DNA of 64,000 nt from Chlorokybus atmophyticus (lineage: Eukaryota; Plantae; Mesostigma and Chlorokybus algae): positions 416,067 through 480,066 of the forward strand of contig RHPI01001116.1 in assembly GCA_009103225.1 (NCBI GenBank), in the 5' to 3' direction. The notes beneath the pieces are model-generated. The model searched no databases, was not told the origin of the DNA, and saw only the letters and a list, made by a program, of their open reading frames with translations. The position numbers and the translations under genes are program-made. Shown piece after piece: positions 60,059 to 64,000 of the stretch. Positions within the stretch are counted from its first letter, which is position 1. Each line of letters starts with the position of its first letter.

Positions 60059-61968
60059 TCAGCTACTCGGTTTGTCGGCTGGCAGCAACAGCTTGTCGCA
60101 AATGACGCTTTGCGGCTGCAACACAGTAGCTGCAGCAGCCGCATCGCCATAGTGAGATGAATGGCTATTAGCACCGCGTTGCCGGAGAGACTCAAATGTC
60201 TCTTCGGCTTGGCTCCGTTCCCGCAGCACCACAAGTCCCTCCGACGGATTTTTTGTCGAACAGAATACACGAGTGTCTCTCAGACGCATAAGAGTCCCGT
60301 CAATGCGCAGCCAATACCGCAGCAGCACAAACCAGCACTTGGGCATCACGCGCACTTTTGCGGATAGCATTCCCACGCCGTTGTCTGCAAGCTCGTCCTC
60401 ATACAGCACCACCTGATGCAGTGATGACAACATTGAAATTCAACTCACAATGGTAGAAAGCGTACATAAGCCACTTCAGCCCACCTCATCATAAAACAGA
60501 ATGGGGTCTCTGGCCTGCAGTGCCGCCATGTCAATCCGCTCATCGCTTGCTTCCCACTGCACCGAGGGCGTGTCGGAGGGCTCAGGACACGCGTCTGAAA
60601 CCTGCAACGACATAAGCATGTCAAATCACTGCAAAGCACTGACTAATGCTGAACGAGTCCCTGAGCAAGCTCCCTACCACAGCTCTGAGCCGCTGCCAAT
60701 CAGCTGGCGCGTGCAAGTCGTGCTGCGCATCAGCTGTAGGAAAGGTTGTGTGGCCCTGCACTCTGCCATCCGTTGCGTCTGTTGGTGCAAGGACAGCTGT
60801 GGGCACCTCCTCTGCTACACTCTGCACCTCGTCATCTGCGGCTGTGGTGCCGTCAGACAGGTCCCTCGCCATGTCCTGCGGTCATGAGCATGTCTGTCAA
60901 GCCAACAAAGGATGAAACACACATGCACAATGCCAATCAAGCATCAAATCACCTGCTGTGGCTCAATGAAGCGCGCTACGGTGCCAGCATAGGGAGTTGT
61001 GAACGTGTAGTCATAGTCTACAATCATCTTCACTGCTGTCTTCCTGCACACAAAGATGAGAACATGCGCTTGCGCGTGCACTTGCGCACAACCAATCTAC
61101 ACGCGCGTATAATCTTTACCGCGTGCGCTGCCACTCAGCGGCTACGGACACTTGCACAGGTGGCAGGTTCTCCTGCCTCCACGCCTTCAATGCATTCAGA
61201 GCATTGAAGTATATCCCTATTCCAGAAGGTTCATGCACGAGCTCAAGCACGCTGTTGCCAAACACCATCTCGGGCATGTGGGATGTGCCAAGCTCCGCCT
61301 CCCATCTGTCAACGGCAATACATTTGTACAGAAGCATCGGCTTCTGATGATTCGATGTGGAAGCGAGTGGAGGAGGAGCAAAGCGTAGGCCTGCCCACCT
61401 TTGGATCTCTTCAGCATTGAGAATGGGATGCTTGCGGGTCTGCACTCTCCAGCCTTTAAACCGAACGCCTCGCTCATTGCTGCAAAACACTTCCCACTCA
61501 ACACTCAATTCTGCATGTTTCTTCCAGTTCAGCGTATGCACGTGCGCATGCACATGTGCACGCACACGCACATCCACACCGCACATGCGCTCGTTTGTGT
61601 GCATGCTCGTGTGCAGCTTTAGCACATAGCGGATCATCGGTCTTGAGCAAGCAAGCTAGTGAGCTGCTCTACACTCCATGCAAGCAGTGTCCAGTGCCAA
61701 TGACCAGCTATCACACGCAGCTGCATCCCGACAGCCAAGCCTCTTTCAGTCAGCATACACGCTGCAATAAGTGACATCAGATAAGTCGTCCTCACCGCGG
61801 AGGCTCAGGCGGTTTGGCTTTGGGTCCATGCAGCAGCTGGCCTCCAGCAGCCAGCAGTATGGCCTCGGCGCTGCCGGGGGCGTAGGGCTCCGCCGGCCCC
61901 TGCGGCGGCGGCTCCCCGTACGCCCACACCGGCACGTCCCCCCCGCGCGCCCACGGCGCCGCCGCCAT
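60059..61968 (-). CDS. TIP41: TIP41-like protein (TIPRL, PP2A/TOR regulator)
   Basis: RGVRFKGWRVQTRKHPIL...WEAELGTSHMPEMVFGNS..FNALNALKAW...LPPVQV; DYDYTFTTPYAG; DPILFYDE|VVLYEDELADNG..LSAKVRVMPKCWFVLLRYWLRIDGTLMRLRDTRVF. Confidence 0.95.
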
Positions 61969-62043
61969 GCCTCACAAGAACACCACAACAACCACGACAA
62001 CAACAACAACAGCATCAACCACCAAAGCTTTGCTCAAGCAGAC

Positions 62044-63908
62044 ATGGCTCGGAGGGGCGAGCTTGGCAGCGTTGTTGGGGGCGGCGGGGACGGCGGGGGC
62101 GGCGGTGGGGAAGCTGGCGAGGCTCGCCGTCGCCCTCGCCGCCCAAGCCTCGGAGCGCTGTTGGTGGCCTCAGCCGGGGAGAAGCTCAGGGGGGCGCGCT
62201 CATGGCAGTCGCCAGTGTCGCTGCGGGTGGGGACGGTCGGGGTCGGGCTGGGGGTCGGCTGCGGCGTGGGCGTGGGCAAAGGCTCCCCTTTCAACTTGCG
62301 TAAGTAACCTGAATGCATGCATGACATGTCATTTATACTTCTTGCTTGGCATGACTGGACCGGCGTTGTTACACTGGCTGTGTGGCACTAGGATTGTCTC
62401 AATCTATTATGTGTAACTACGTGCGCGCATGCATAGACTGGAGGTGTAGAGCACATCCCAACGCACGCGAGCGTGCTGCCACTGGGTGTGCTTCCCACTT
62501 ACCTCACTACTTGGGGAGGTCATTGTTAAACCAATGGACAAGGTGGTTGACAGCTTCACAATGTCCCAATGTCCAAAGCAGCTTAGGCAAGCTGGAGTGC
62601 ACTTGGACTGGCTAGAAAAGTACCGCACAGCCGGCATGCTCAACTGCATGTGCCTTGCATGCTTTCACGACGCTTGATTAGTTTAGTGGCCTTCTTCAGG
62701 ATGAATACTGCGCTTTGTGCTAGTAAAATCTCCCGCGTGCGCACATGCCCTGTATGTCACATCACAGCAAGACCATTCCTGCGCACATCGTGTCGTGCAC
62801 ACCTTATTCACCACGACGCTGCGCAGGTGCCGTGCCCGGACTGAACACGGTTCTTCGCGACACAAGCGCTGTGCAGAGCGCTGTCGGAAGCATTGGCTAC
62901 CGAGCGCAGGGACTGGTACTGCTATGCAATGTCTTCTTCATTATGCACACATGCAAGTTTGGGCTCAAGACCAGTGTTGAGCTGACTTGTCTGTCTTGGC
63001 CAGCTGTCTAGGATTGGCGTGCGCAACATCCCAGCTGGAGTTGGCTGCGGCATTGGATTTGGCTATGGCTTCGGTGCAGGTGAGAACTGTTGGGTAACTG
63101 TCGACCATTGCTTGCCAACAAGTTACCATTAACCATGCACCTGTGTCTTGCATCTCGAAATCATCCAGCATCTGTGATGATGCATGATCGTAACGCTGCT
63201 CTCGCCTATTGTCATGTCAGGCCTGTTCTTGAAGCCAAGCATCGGCGCAGCTATGCAACAGAGAGCACAGGTACGTTACAACTTGCAGGAAGGGTTGCGA
63301 ATCCATTGAGGTATTCCCTTTCAAGTAATAGTGACTTATTTGCTGATCGTGGGCTTCCCTCTCCTGATACGCATACAGGAAGCAGTGGCCGGCGTCGGTG
63401 CTCGTATGGCTGGCTTAACGGGTGCTGACGCGGTCGCTGCCTTCAAAGCGGACTCAGCGCCAATATTTGCACAACAAACTCAGTCTCCGGTCAGCGCTGT
63501 ACCAACTGTAAATAGTTCGGCTCCACCTGCACATCATGAGGTGAGTACATTGTTGTAGTATCTCTTATCGCCTGCCTGCTGTGCGCTGTGGCTGTGGATG
63601 TGGATGTGGATGCTGGTACAGGATGATTGAGCGTGCATCGGTTCGCAGGTGCAGCAGCTCAAGCAAACCAATGACCTCATGCGCACGGTATATATGTGTG
63701 CTGCTTGTGGCTTCCAGATTGCATTGCTGCTAGTTTTTCCGTTGAGTTGTGTCTTCTTCCAAGCAGCTACTCTGTTCTTGTTATGCAGTTGTTGCGACAG
63801 CAAGAGCAGCTCGAGACCTTGAAAAACGAGAACGAGGCGTTGAAGAAAGCCGTCTGCAAGCTGGACAGCAGCGCACCATTCTGCAGCCAGGCAGATCAGT
63901 CGGCTTGA
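62044..63908 (+). CDS. Conserved uncharacterised glycine-rich membrane protein (GVGCG repeats) with a C-terminal coiled coil
   Basis: Phase-consistent exons: GVGLGVGCGVGVG...|...AGVGCGIGFGYGFGA|GLFLKPS...QQLKQTNDLMRT|LLRQQEQLETLKNENEALKKAVCKLD...*. Confidence 0.8.
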
Positions 63909-64000
63909 CGGGCATCAGCGGCTGTGCTGTTCAACTGCTTGTTGACGCTTCCTCTGCTGGCCGCAGTTGTAAATGAAGAACAGATAAATATGAAAGGCGG

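Noticed and set aside
61827-61830. Opposite-strand ATGs sharing one CATG palindrome
   Set aside because: Both genes have better-supported starts (61968 and 62044), and CATG is frequent in this genome.

Overview
Draft-assembly eukaryotic DNA (five N gaps) from an intron-rich green-plant-lineage genome. It is plastid-bearing (uL15c, Y3IP1, plastid glucose transporter, DUF4346) and flagellated (CFAP299, Sfi1-like). An importin-alpha-9-like gene and a WRKY with a V-type intron suggest an early-diverging streptophyte alga (inference only). From about 13 kb onward it is a compact run of about 15 spliced genes, mostly head-to-head pairs, four of which have telo-boxes between them. The first 13 kb holds a variant WRKY domain, an intron-containing PCNA pseudogene and other decayed exon-like sequence. 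16.5-19.9 kb is an AT-richer, hairpin-rich block ending in a tRNA-derived SINE-like element. No CRISPR array, rRNA or intact tRNA was seen, and the genetic code is standard. The most unusual signals are (i) a transcription-strand-specific C-rich to G-rich flip of synonymous codons along individual exons, with complementary intron ends, (ii) frequent GC-AG introns, (iii) three unrelated perfect palindromes, each with exactly 15-bp arms, and (iv) a WKTYGKK WRKY variant. All gene models were spliced by hand; family calls come from recalled motifs, not database searches. I cannot claim a proven new biological system.
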